Positions 30,820 through 40,255 of a stretch of DNA of 64,000 nt are shown here, piece by piece. Source of the stretch: an uncultured Pelagibacteraceae bacterium (GTDB taxonomy: Bacteria > Pseudomonadota > Alphaproteobacteria > Pelagibacterales > Pelagibacteraceae); assembly GCA_902570915.1 (NCBI GenBank), contig CACGAB010000001.1, positions 60,048 to 124,047 of the forward strand. Reading direction: 5' to 3'. Under the pieces are notes generated by a model, which worked only from the letters and a program-made list of their open reading frames with translations, did not search any database and was not told the DNA's origin. Both the position numbers and the translations under genes were made by a program. The first letter of the stretch is position 1. The number at the start of each line of letters is the position of its first letter.

Positions 30820-31221
30820 ATGCTTTACTTTGCTTACGGTAGTAATCTTCATCATATTCAAATGAAAAGAAGATGTAAGGATAGCATTTTTCTTAAAAAG
30901 ATAGATTTAAAAGATTTCAGATTAACTTTTCGAAGTAAATATAGAGCAGCTGATATTGAACCTAAAAAAAATTCAATGGTTCCAGGTGGTTTATTTGAAA
31001 TATCAAAGAGTGATGAAAAAAAACTAGATATTTATGAAGACTTTCCAATTTTATATAAAAAATATTATTTTTTATATGAGGAAAAAAAAATAATGACTTA
31101 TACCATGACTAAAAAAACACCTTTTAGATTTCCAACAGAAAGATATTTAAATGTAGTCAAGCGTGGGTACAAAGATTGTAAACTTGATTTAAAATTTTTG
31201 GAAAAAGCTCTTATTAAATAA
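30820..31221 (+). CDS. Gamma-glutamylcyclotransferase family protein
   Basis: YFAYGSNL motif, LDIYE, P-x-x-x-Y. Confidence 0.88.
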   Translation: MLYFAYGSNLHHIQMKRRCKDSIFLKKIDLKDFRLTFRSKYRAADIEPKKNSMVPGGLFEISKSDEKKLDIYEDFPILYKKYYFLYEEKKIMTYTMTKKTPFRFPTERYLNVVKRGYKDCKLDLKFLEKALIK

Positions 31222-31228
31222 ATATTTT

Positions 31229-32671
31229 TCAACCAACAATTAAAGTATCTTTGGATCCACCACCTTGTGAACTATTTACAATAGTACTACCTTTTCTTAA
31301 AGCTACTCTTGTTAGTCCGCCTGAAGTTACATAATTTGATTTTCCTGTTAAAACGAACGGCCTTAAATCAACATGTCTTGGCTCGATATTATTATTAGTT
31401 ATAGTTGGACCAGTTGATAACACTTCTAGTGGTTGAGCAATAAATTCTCTTGGATTTTTTAAAATTTTCTGTCTTACCTCTTCGATCTCTTTTTTTGGCG
31501 CTTTGGGTCCTATCATTAAACCATAGCCACCTGAAGCATTTGCCGGTTTTACAACTAACTTAGATAGATTTTCTAAAACATATTTTTTTTGATCTTCTTC
31601 ATGACATAAATAGGTTTCAACTTGATTTAATAAAGGTTGTTCACCTAGATAATAAGTAATCATTCTATTTACATACGAATAGACAACTTTGTCATCTGCA
31701 ACACCCGTTCCTATTGCATTTAAGATACCAACATTTTTTTTTAACCAGCATTTAAATAAACCTGGAACTCCAATCAAAGAATCTTTGTTAAATACCTTGG
31801 GATCTAGAAAGCTGTCATCAAGTCTTCTATATATACAGTCAACTTTAAGAGGCCCCTTAACAGTTTTCATATAAACATTATCATCTTCAACAAAAAGGTC
31901 TTTACCTTCAACTAAAGCAATTCCCATTTGCTCTGCTAAGAATGAATGTTCAAAGTAAGCCGAATTATAAATTCCCGGAGTTAAAACGACCATGTGAGGA
32001 TTGGCTGTTTTTTTTGGAATACACTCAACCATACAATTGTATAATTTATTTGTGTACTGGTGAATTGATGAAACTTTATATCTAGAAAATAGTTCTGGAA
32101 AAACATCCATCATAACCATTCTATTCTCAAGCATATAAGAGACACCTGATGGTACTCTTAAATTATCCTCAAGAACTAAATATTCTCCGTTTTTATTTCT
32201 TATTAAATCGATCCCAGATATATTAGACCAAGCTTTAAACTTTGGTGAAAACCCTTCACACTGTTTTATATAATAGGGAGATTTTAAAATTAAGTCTGCG
32301 GGTACTATCTTGTCTTTAAAAATTTTTTTTTGATTGTAGATATCATCAATAAAAAGATTAAGAGCTTTGGCTCTTTGTTTTAAACCTTTTGAAATTTTAT
32401 TCCAAACAGGTTTTGGTATTATTCTTGGAATAATATCTAAAGGCCATTTTTTTTCTTCGGCTCTATTATTTGCAGCGTAAACTCTAAAATTTATTCCCCT
32501 GGCGCTTATTGTACTCTGACAATTTTTTTCAATTTCTTGCAGTTTCTTTTTGCCGTACTTTTCTAAAATACCAGATATTATTTTTGCGTGTTTTCTTAAT
32601 TTGTTGTCCGGTGTAAAATAACCATCATATGCATTTTTGGCGTTGTAATCTTTCCATAATTTAGAGGCCAT
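31229..32671 (-). CDS. Circularly permuted type 2 ATP-grasp ligase
   Basis: VLEDNLRVPSGVSYMLENR, NSAYFEHSFLA, YRRLDD, GVADDK, RHVDLRPF, NSSQGGGSKDT. Confidence 0.93.
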   Translation of the reverse strand: MASKLWKDYNAKNAYDGYFTPDNKLRKHAKIISGILEKYGKKKLQEIEKNCQSTISARGINFRVYAANNRAEEKKWPLDIIPRIIPKPVWNKISKGLKQRAKALNLFIDDIYNQKKIFKDKIVPADLILKSPYYIKQCEGFSPKFKAWSNISGIDLIRNKNGEYLVLEDNLRVPSGVSYMLENRMVMMDVFPELFSRYKVSSIHQYTNKLYNCMVECIPKKTANPHMVVLTPGIYNSAYFEHSFLAEQMGIALVEGKDLFVEDDNVYMKTVKGPLKVDCIYRRLDDSFLDPKVFNKDSLIGVPGLFKCWLKKNVGILNAIGTGVADDKVVYSYVNRMITYYLGEQPLLNQVETYLCHEEDQKKYVLENLSKLVVKPANASGGYGLMIGPKAPKKEIEEVRQKILKNPREFIAQPLEVLSTGPTITNNNIEPRHVDLRPFVLTGKSNYVTSGGLTRVALRKGSTIVNSSQGGGSKDTLIVG

Positions 32672-32780
32672 AAAATATCTTCAAATTTTAAATTAATTAA
32701 TTCAATTGTATAATTGTTATACCTGTTATGTAAGAAATAGATTATACATAATGCAAATTTAAAAATATTGCTTAAAAATA

Positions 32781-33506
32781 ATGACTTATTGTATTGGTAT
32801 AAAAGCAAATGATGGTCTAGTTTTTGCATCAGACTCAAGAACTAATGCAGGATTAGATAATGTAAATATTTACTCCAAGATGTTTACTTATGATGTTGGT
32901 GATAGAACAATAATTATTGTTACCTCTGGGAATTTAGGCACTTCACAAGCAGTATATAAATCTATTGAAAAAGATTTAGAGGACACATCTGGAAAACTTA
33001 ATTTAAACACTTGTAAAGATTTTGACCAAATAGCTTCTTACGTTGGATCACTAAATGTAAAACATTCAATGCCAAAAGGCATAAATACAGATACAGTTTT
33101 GCTTGGTTCAACTTTTATAGTTGGTGGACAAATTAAAGATCAACCGATGGAACTTTACCTAGTTTACCCGCAAGGTAATTATATCAAACCAGCAGACAGT
33201 AAACCTTATTTAGTAATTGGTGAGGTTAAATATGGTAAACCAATTTTAGATAGAGTTATAAAACCTGATGTGTCTATTGGAGATGCTTCTAGATGTGCTT
33301 TGATTTCAATCGACTCTACTTTAAAAAGTGACTTAACTGTTGGGCCACCAATTGATTTCGTGGTTTATAAAAAAAATGGATATAAAATTCTTTCACAAAA
33401 ATGTTTGAATATTGCTGATGATGAATATTCTAAAGTATGCAATCAATGGTCGGATGGTATATTTAAAATTTTCAACTCTTTTCCAAGATTTGATTGGGAA
33501 AAATAA
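32781..33506 (+). CDS. Proteasome-type (Anbu) NTN-hydrolase peptidase
   Basis: MTYC N-terminus (Thr1 after Met removal), SDSRTNAG-x-DN, YPQGN, IGE-x-KYGKPILDR, DSTLKS. Confidence 0.92.
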   Translation: MTYCIGIKANDGLVFASDSRTNAGLDNVNIYSKMFTYDVGDRTIIIVTSGNLGTSQAVYKSIEKDLEDTSGKLNLNTCKDFDQIASYVGSLNVKHSMPKGINTDTVLLGSTFIVGGQIKDQPMELYLVYPQGNYIKPADSKPYLVIGEVKYGKPILDRVIKPDVSIGDASRCALISIDSTLKSDLTVGPPIDFVVYKKNGYKILSQKCLNIADDEYSKVCNQWSDGIFKIFNSFPRFDWEK

Positions 33507-33507
33507 T

Positions 33508-35232
33508 TTATCTATTAGATAACCAGATTGTTTGACAAGGATCTAGTTTAATTCTTTTATCAAGTGTAAAAAATATTTTACTCCCTAATAAGTCTTTATA
33601 TTTTAAAAACTTTTTATTTAATTTGAAATATTGCAATTCTGAAGAGAGATTTGTTATGCAAATTATAGTTTGTTTTTTATCAATACTTTCTCTTTTAAAA
33701 GAAAATATTTTTGGTCCAAGATTAATATTTTCTCTATTTGCGTTTGGATGAAAAGCTTTCTGCTTTTTTTTGACACTTAATAGATTGGAAATCTTTTTAT
33801 AAAAATAACTTTCTTTAGAATCTTTATTATTAAGTTTGTTTGAAATATTTTTTAAATTCCATTTATATCTATTAACATCTCGATTATTACCGGTAATTAC
33901 AAATTTTGCTTCATCATTGGACGTACCAAACATGGAGTTGAAATAAATCGCAGGCACTCCTTCGAATGCAATCATAATTGAATGAGCAGAAATATATCTT
34001 TCAAATGCAAACTTACCATTATCATAATTTGTTTTTTTTAGAGCATCAAATACTGTTATATTTGCCTCATAAACCTTTTTTGATTTATTTTGAATTCTTC
34101 TATAAGAAAACTTTGATCCATTTTTTTTTAACCTGTTAAGAAAATCTTTTAAAACTTTGTTACTTAATAATCCTTCTGTGGGTCTCATTCCAATTCCATC
34201 ATGAGATGCAATGAAATTTAAATAACAGTTTCCATTTTTACTTTTTGGAAGTTTTTTACTCCAACTATAAAGATACGAATTGTTTTCAAATAAAAAAGCA
34301 TGGATTAATAAAGGTGGTAAGGAAAAATTATATATCCAGTTAGCTTCATCATTTTTTCCAAAGTAACTTAAATTTTCTTTTTCAGGCAAGTTTGTTTCTG
34401 TAACTATTAAGGTTTGGGTATTAAGTAAGCCAGAAATCATTCTTAGGAGTTTTATGATTTCATGTGTTTTACTTAAGTTAATACATTTTGTTCCACTTTC
34501 TTTCCAAAGATAAGCAATTGCATCTAACCTAAAAATAGTTACTCCATGATTAATTAGATTAATCATGATCTTTATAAAGCGTAATAACACTGCTGGGTTT
34601 TTAAAATTTAAATCTAATTGGTCAGGACTGAAGGTTCGCCAAAGATAATCAGTTTTGTTAAAAATATTTATTTTTTTTAAAAGTTTATGATCTCTTGGTC
34701 TTACAACTTTTGAGGTATTAAATTTAGAGTCTACAGTTAAAAAATAATCTTTACCGGGTCTTTTTGCTTTTAAAAAATTTTTAAACCACAAACCTCTTGC
34801 AGATGAATGATTAATGACAATATCTGCCATGATATCACTTTTTTTTGAAAAATTTTTTATATCCGACCAATTGCCAAGCTTAGCATCTATTTTATAATGA
34901 TCTTTTACTGCAAAGCCACTATCACTGCTTGATGGATAAAATGGTAGAAAGTGAACAGTGTTAAAATTTTTACTTAATCTTTTTTGAAAGAAGTTTTTGA
35001 ATACCTTAATTGAATGTTTTTGATTTTGGGCAAAAATGCTATCACCATAGCATATAAGCATTGAGGTTTTTTCGGTTATATTCTTTATCTTTTTTTTATT
35101 TTTTTGGTTGAATTGGTTTAAAAGTTGTACAACTTTGCTAGTATAAAAATTAACATCTTCTTTGTTGCAGTGTAATTGATAAATATTATTTAGCTTAGAG
35201 TAGATCTTTTTTTGATTTGTTTTGGATAACAT
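33508..35232 (-). CDS. GH13_18 phosphorylase, probably glucosylglycerate phosphorylase
   Basis: HFLPFYP-SSDSGF, RLDAIAYLWK nucleophile, VTETN acid/base motif and YEAN loop typical of the glucosylglycerate phosphorylase branch, SHDGIG; context. Confidence 0.8.
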   Translation of the reverse strand: MLSKTNQKKIYSKLNNIYQLHCNKEDVNFYTSKVVQLLNQFNQKNKKKIKNITEKTSMLICYGDSIFAQNQKHSIKVFKNFFQKRLSKNFNTVHFLPFYPSSSDSGFAVKDHYKIDAKLGNWSDIKNFSKKSDIMADIVINHSSARGLWFKNFLKAKRPGKDYFLTVDSKFNTSKVVRPRDHKLLKKINIFNKTDYLWRTFSPDQLDLNFKNPAVLLRFIKIMINLINHGVTIFRLDAIAYLWKESGTKCINLSKTHEIIKLLRMISGLLNTQTLIVTETNLPEKENLSYFGKNDEANWIYNFSLPPLLIHAFLFENNSYLYSWSKKLPKSKNGNCYLNFIASHDGIGMRPTEGLLSNKVLKDFLNRLKKNGSKFSYRRIQNKSKKVYEANITVFDALKKTNYDNGKFAFERYISAHSIMIAFEGVPAIYFNSMFGTSNDEAKFVITGNNRDVNRYKWNLKNISNKLNNKDSKESYFYKKISNLLSVKKKQKAFHPNANRENINLGPKIFSFKRESIDKKQTIICITNLSSELQYFKLNKKFLKYKDLLGSKIFFTLDKRIKLDPCQTIWLSNR

Positions 35233-36452
35233 TAACTGTATTTTTTGTTATCCTCATTAACAACTCTTTCTAATCTTCCTAAAAAATCAGGTATTGCACT
35301 TTTAACTCTACTCCATGTAGGTATAAAAGGTGTATCCATTGGATTAAGAATAAATGCTTCTCCAGCCTTCATTATATTTACAGCAAATAATTCGACAGCT
35401 TTTTCTTCTGTATGTGAGTCAAATTTTAATCCGTTCATGTATGCATCACTTCGATAAATATCAATTAAATCTAAAGCAGATCTATAATAAGTTGCTTTTA
35501 GAGATCTAAATTTTTCTCTACTAAATGTATTACCTTGAGTAGCTAATTTTTTAATAAATGTTTTTATTATATCAATGGACATTCTAGATAAACCTTTGGT
35601 TTCATCGTCGCTAGATAAAATTTGATGTTTGTGATCATAAGTATCAGCTAAATCGACCTGACAAATATTTTGCGGTGAAAAACTTCTTTGCATTTCAGAT
35701 AAAATACCAACTTCAATACCCCAATCAGAAGATATCCTTAATTCTGGTAAAACATTCCGTCTAAAAGAGAATTCACCAGCCAAAGGATACTTAAAAGACT
35801 TCATAAACTCTAAATAGCTACTAGCACCAATAGTCTTCTCGAGAGCAGTTAGCAAAGGAAAAACAAGTAATCTTGCAACTCGGCCGTTCATTTTTCCGTT
35901 AGCAACTCTTGGATAATATCCTTTACAAAATTCAAAATTAAAAAGAGGGTTTACAACTGGGTAAAAAAGTTTAGCTAACATTCTTCTATCATAGGTTTTT
36001 ATATCACAATCATGCAAGGCAACAGAACGTGCAGTATCTCTTGCAATAGACATACCAATGCAATACCAAACATTTCTTCCTTTACCGAGTTCACTTGGTG
36101 CAAGATCTTTTTTCTTTAATTCTTTATCAAGTTTTTTTAGTCCAGGTCCATCGTTCCACAAAAGAGAAAAGGGTGCTTTTAGTTTTTTGAAAAACTTCCA
36201 AGCTTTTTTTGCTTGATTTTCGTTGGCTTTATCAAGACCAACTATAATATGATCTAAATATTTTGTTTTACTAATTTCCTCTACAATATTTGGTAAAGCA
36301 TTACCCTCTAGCTCTGAATAAAGACAGGGTAAAATTAATTCCATCTTTCTTTTTTTAGAAAATTTTAATAAATCTTTTTCAATTTCTGTTGTGGATCTCG
36401 TCCCAAAATCATGCAAAGTCGAGATTACCCCATTTTGAGAAAATTCACTCAT
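35232..36452 (-). CDS. gpgS: Glucosyl-3-phosphoglycerate synthase (marine/cyanobacterial type)
   Basis: F-x-QNG-x-I-x-TLH N-terminus, GKGRNVW, HDCDI, GRVARL, YPLAGEF, DWGIEVG, YDHKHQ. Confidence 0.82.
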   Translation of the reverse strand: MSEFSQNGVISTLHDFGTRSTTEIEKDLLKFSKKRKMELILPCLYSELEGNALPNIVEEISKTKYLDHIIVGLDKANENQAKKAWKFFKKLKAPFSLLWNDGPGLKKLDKELKKKDLAPSELGKGRNVWYCIGMSIARDTARSVALHDCDIKTYDRRMLAKLFYPVVNPLFNFEFCKGYYPRVANGKMNGRVARLLVFPLLTALEKTIGASSYLEFMKSFKYPLAGEFSFRRNVLPELRISSDWGIEVGILSEMQRSFSPQNICQVDLADTYDHKHQILSSDDETKGLSRMSIDIIKTFIKKLATQGNTFSREKFRSLKATYYRSALDLIDIYRSDAYMNGLKFDSHTEEKAVELFAVNIMKAGEAFILNPMDTPFIPTWSRVKSAIPDFLGRLERVVNEDNKKYS

Positions 36453-36460
36453 ATTTTAGT

Positions 36461-37267
36461 TTAGACATTATGATTTAATTTAGCTAGAGCCATTTTAATC
36501 ACATCAGCCCAACCTTCCGGAGATGGTTTATTTGAAAATTCAAGATTATTAATATTAATTTGATCAAGTTTAAACTGATCGTTAAAAACTAAGCAAGGAA
36601 TATCGCTATTTTTTAGCATATCTAGATCATTATAGTTATCGCCAACTGCAATTGTTTTTATCTTATCTTCGGTTTTTTTTAAAATTTTTATGACTTTATT
36701 CATGGATTTTACTTTATTAACCCTATCACATAAGTTTGAGACACGTCCACCATCTTGTAAAGTTAAAGAATTATCGTTTAAAATTTTTAGTAGTTTATTT
36801 TTTTCTGTTTTTTTTCCAATAAATAAAAGTGGCAAAGTATAATTTCTACTTAAAACATTTTTAAGCTTGTCATCCTTTTGCCCAAATATTTCCTCCTGTT
36901 TTTTTTTGTTCAATTTGGAAATTAAAAGACATTTATTTTTTATTTTTTCAGGAACTTTTAAATTAAAGATTTTCAGTAATTCCTCTTTTTCTCTACTAAG
37001 AATTATTTTGTTTGGAAAATTTTTATTTATTAAATTTAAACCATGAATTGATGAACCATTTTCTGAAATGTAAGGTAGCTCAACACCTAATTCCTCATTA
37101 AATTTTTCAATCTCTTTTTCAGTTTTGCTAGAATTTGGAATAATGATAATCCCACTATTTACAAGGCTTCTTATGTAAAGTTTGATGGTGTCGAATTTAA
37201 AAGTATCTCTATGTAAAAGTGAACCATCTAAGTCGGTAAAAATCAAAATTGTAAATTTTTTTTTCAT
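36461..37267 (-). CDS. gpgP: Glucosyl/mannosyl-3-phosphoglycerate phosphatase (HAD-IIB)
   Basis: FTDLDGSLL, NSSKT, ISENGS, GGR, VGDNYNDLDML; first gene of the gpgP-gpgS-phosphorylase operon. Confidence 0.8.
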   Translation of the reverse strand: MKKKFTILIFTDLDGSLLHRDTFKFDTIKLYIRSLVNSGIIIIPNSSKTEKEIEKFNEELGVELPYISENGSSIHGLNLINKNFPNKIILSREKEELLKIFNLKVPEKIKNKCLLISKLNKKKQEEIFGQKDDKLKNVLSRNYTLPLLFIGKKTEKNKLLKILNDNSLTLQDGGRVSNLCDRVNKVKSMNKVIKILKKTEDKIKTIAVGDNYNDLDMLKNSDIPCLVFNDQFKLDQININNLEFSNKPSPEGWADVIKMALAKLNHNV

Positions 37268-37461
37268 TACTCAAATTACAATAAATATTTTTATAAACAC
37301 TTTAAAAAATTAAAAAATAGTATGTCTTTTAGAAATTTGACAGAAAAAATAATATTATTAACCATATTACAATTTCTACTTGAGGATGAATTTTACATTT
37401 AAATTATATAATGAGACATAGTGCGGTTTGACTAATTTGTTAAATATTTTTATTTAGGCTT

Positions 37462-39201
37462 ATGATTTCTAAATCAATTATTAATTTTTCTAAATATTTT
37501 GTTTTAAGTTATAAAAACTCTCCACTTGATCCAAATTTGATAGAAGATTTTGTAAATAATGATTATTTTAAAAACTTATTGATAAATTTAACTGAAATAG
37601 ATCCTTATGATTTTAAAATATCTGATGAATTTTTTAGATTAAACGCCATTTCTTTATTACCTCATTTAAGAATACTAAAAACTTCCTTAAATTTGACGAC
37701 TGAAAGGTTTCTGTTAGAGCTTTCATATCTTGTGCAACCTTTTAATAAGCATTTATCAAGTGAATTAAAAATTCTATCTTCAAAAATTAACAATTCTGAG
37801 TTTGGAAATGCTAAATTAATCTCAAATTTACTAAACAGCTCAAAAAGTTTATTTTATAAGAAACTAATTTTGGATTACGAGAAAAAAAATCCTCTAGCTT
37901 TATATCCAACCTCAAGTTACAGAAATTCATGTGGTCATGTTGTAAGTTCAAACGACTATCAACAGATAGAAGCAACTATGAATCTAAACACTTTTACGTC
38001 AATTAAAGTAGAGGAAAATACATTAGATATAAATAATTCTCTCTTGAGAGATCAATACAAATCGTTTGGAAGATGTGTTTGTTTATTGGATCAAAATATT
38101 GAAAATAATTATGGACTAGAAATTGAAAATTATTTCAATCATCATTCAATTGTCTTAGAAAAACTGGTTTATAGGGCTATGGAGGTTGATAAGCATATAA
38201 AAAATGTTGAAAAGATAGTTGAGGATTTTAGAAAACTTGGCGTAAACAGAAATGAACCAATCCTAATAATTGGAGGAGGAGTTATAGGGGATATTGGAGC
38301 TTTTGCTGCATCTATTTATCATCGAAGCACTCCATATATAATGCTGTCGACATCAGTTGTAAGTGCAATAGATAGTGGACCAAGTCCAAGATCATGTTGT
38401 GATGCTGGTGGATTTAAAAATCTCTTAGGTTCTTTTCACGCCCCAGTTCTTAATATATCTGATAGGTCATTCTTTAAAAGTTTAAGAACTTCTTGGGTTA
38501 GACACGGGATTGCCGAAATTCATAAGATGGCTGTAATTAGAGATAAAGAATTATTTTATTTACTTGAAGATACAGGACTTGATTTAATGAAAACACATTT
38601 TGGTACAATTAATTGTAATTCTCAAGATGAAATAGTGTCTAAATCAAAAAAAATTATCGGATTATCTTTAAAGAGTTATGTTGAGAGTGAATATGATAAT
38701 TTACACGAAGTTCACAGTATTAGAGATCATGCATTTGGCCACGGATTAAGCGCAAACTTTGAACTTAAAGCAGGATTATTACATGGTCACGCTATAAGTG
38801 TTGAAATGACCTTAAGTTCTTTTATGTCTTACAAAAGAGGCTGGTTAAGTGAAAAAGATTTGCATAGAATTTTAAAGTTATTTAGCGAATACGAATTAAG
38901 TTTATGGCATGACATATTGTTAGATGAGAAATGTATGAATGAAGGTTTTGATAAAATTCTTCAAAAAAGAGGTGGCAACTTGGCTATTCCGGTTCCAATT
39001 GCTATCGGTAGGTGTAAATATGTTAATGATCTAACAAAATCTGAATTAAAAGAAATTATACGAGAATATAAAATAATAGTTTCAAAATACCCCAGAAAAG
39101 GATTGGGTGTTGAACCTCTTTGTTTAGATGCAGGGCTTGAAGATCCAGTTACTGTTTTTAAAGCAGATGAAAATATTGCAAAAGAAGCTAATTTAAATTA
39201 A
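37462..39201 (+). CDS. Sedoheptulose-7-phosphate cyclase, long-form DDGS/MysA-like (DHQS superfamily) with about 150-aa N-terminal extension
   Basis: IGGGVIGD NAD motif, IDSGPSPRSCCD, FKNLLG, HGIAEIHKMA, YDNLHE, AFGHG, LLHGHAI (HGHA rather than the HGEA of DHQS/EEVS). Confidence 0.8.
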   Translation: MISKSIINFSKYFVLSYKNSPLDPNLIEDFVNNDYFKNLLINLTEIDPYDFKISDEFFRLNAISLLPHLRILKTSLNLTTERFLLELSYLVQPFNKHLSSELKILSSKINNSEFGNAKLISNLLNSSKSLFYKKLILDYEKKNPLALYPTSSYRNSCGHVVSSNDYQQIEATMNLNTFTSIKVEENTLDINNSLLRDQYKSFGRCVCLLDQNIENNYGLEIENYFNHHSIVLEKLVYRAMEVDKHIKNVEKIVEDFRKLGVNRNEPILIIGGGVIGDIGAFAASIYHRSTPYIMLSTSVVSAIDSGPSPRSCCDAGGFKNLLGSFHAPVLNISDRSFFKSLRTSWVRHGIAEIHKMAVIRDKELFYLLEDTGLDLMKTHFGTINCNSQDEIVSKSKKIIGLSLKSYVESEYDNLHEVHSIRDHAFGHGLSANFELKAGLLHGHAISVEMTLSSFMSYKRGWLSEKDLHRILKLFSEYELSLWHDILLDEKCMNEGFDKILQKRGGNLAIPVPIAIGRCKYVNDLTKSELKEIIREYKIIVSKYPRKGLGVEPLCLDAGLEDPVTVFKADENIAKEANLN

Positions 39202-39205
39202 TAAA

Positions 39206-40186
39206 ATGTACCAATTTGTAATTCCAATTCACCATGTGAATTGGAGTACAAGATCAGTTCTAGAGGGAATTTCTCAAAAATATAAACCCAAACAAATTTA
39301 TGTCGTAACATCAGATCATGAGATAAAAATTTTTAAAGATAAATCTAATTCTTGGGATATTGAAAATTTAACATTGCTGGATGAGGATAATTTTTTTTTA
39401 AATAAATATGGTTTAACAAAAACTGATATCGTTTCTCAAATTACTCAAAATAAACCCAATTACTCCCCTGGATGGTTGTACCAACAGATTATTAAATTAG
39501 GAGCTAATGATGTTATAGATGAATTAGAAGATGTTTTTTTAGTATGGGACTCTGATTTACTGCCAGTTAGATCTTGGCCAATTCTTGATGAAAAAAAGGA
39601 AAAGTTTGCTTTGTTACAAGATAAATCATATGGAAACCAAGATGTTTTAAATTCGTGGAAAAATTTAATAATCAATGTATTAGAGATCAACCCTGTCGAA
39701 GATATTAGAGGAACATTTACATCACATCATATGATTTTTAAAACAAAGTATTTAAAAAGTCTCAAATCAAAATTTAAAGATCATTTCAAATCTGATCAAA
39801 ATTGGATTGAATTAATTATAAAAGCTGCAAATATATATGGTTCTTTTGGTGAATATTGGACTTATGCCAGTTGGGTAAATCATATAAATAAAGATGATCT
39901 AAATTATCATCCTTATGAAAAATATGGTTTAACCACAGAAAGATTTTATGATGATGGCAATGGTTTATTTTCAAGAAAATACAAGAAATTTAGTAATTTT
40001 GGGGAACAAAAAGACTTTTATCCGTCCTATTCGTCTATAATAAATTTTATAGATAAAAATTATCAGTTTCCTCCTTCCTCTTTATCATTTGAAACGAATA
40101 TTAGACACACAAAGAAAAAAGATGAAAATATCCACCTTGAGGAAAAAAGATCTATTTGGAGAGAAAAAGTTTATGATAGAGATTAA
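39206..40186 (+). CDS. GT-A-fold glycosyltransferase-like protein (DUF6492-like)
   Basis: FVIP N-terminal strand, GWLYQQIIKLG, LVWDSD (DxD), FTSHHMIF, FGEYWTY; 4 nt after the cyclase stop. Confidence 0.65.
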   Translation: MYQFVIPIHHVNWSTRSVLEGISQKYKPKQIYVVTSDHEIKIFKDKSNSWDIENLTLLDEDNFFLNKYGLTKTDIVSQITQNKPNYSPGWLYQQIIKLGANDVIDELEDVFLVWDSDLLPVRSWPILDEKKEKFALLQDKSYGNQDVLNSWKNLIINVLEINPVEDIRGTFTSHHMIFKTKYLKSLKSKFKDHFKSDQNWIELIIKAANIYGSFGEYWTYASWVNHINKDDLNYHPYEKYGLTTERFYDDGNGLFSRKYKKFSNFGEQKDFYPSYSSIINFIDKNYQFPPSSLSFETNIRHTKKKDENIHLEEKRSIWREKVYDRD

Positions 40187-40255
40187 AAAATTTAATACTG
40201 CTCATGATGGAAGATCAATATTATGAAGGAAGAAAATTCAATTGAAAATTAAATT

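Noticed and set aside
32672-32780. NtcA, NtrC or sigma54 site in the ligase-Anbu spacer
   Set aside because: The palindrome spacing is GTA-N9-TAC rather than N8, and there is no TGCAC-type box or GG-N10-GC; kept only as unassigned inverted repeats
33508-35232. Sucrose phosphorylase
   Set aside because: TETN/YEAN motifs and linkage to gpgS/gpgP favour glucosylglycerate phosphorylase
37462-39201. Calling the cyclase a housekeeping 3-dehydroquinate synthase (aroB)
   Set aside because: Much longer than AroB, lacks the VGGKT and HGEA motifs, has NLHE/HGHA, and sits in an accessory region without aroK
40187-40255. Possible gene remnant (..TAHDGRSIL*) between the GT-like and DUF4149 genes
   Set aside because: Too short to assign without a search
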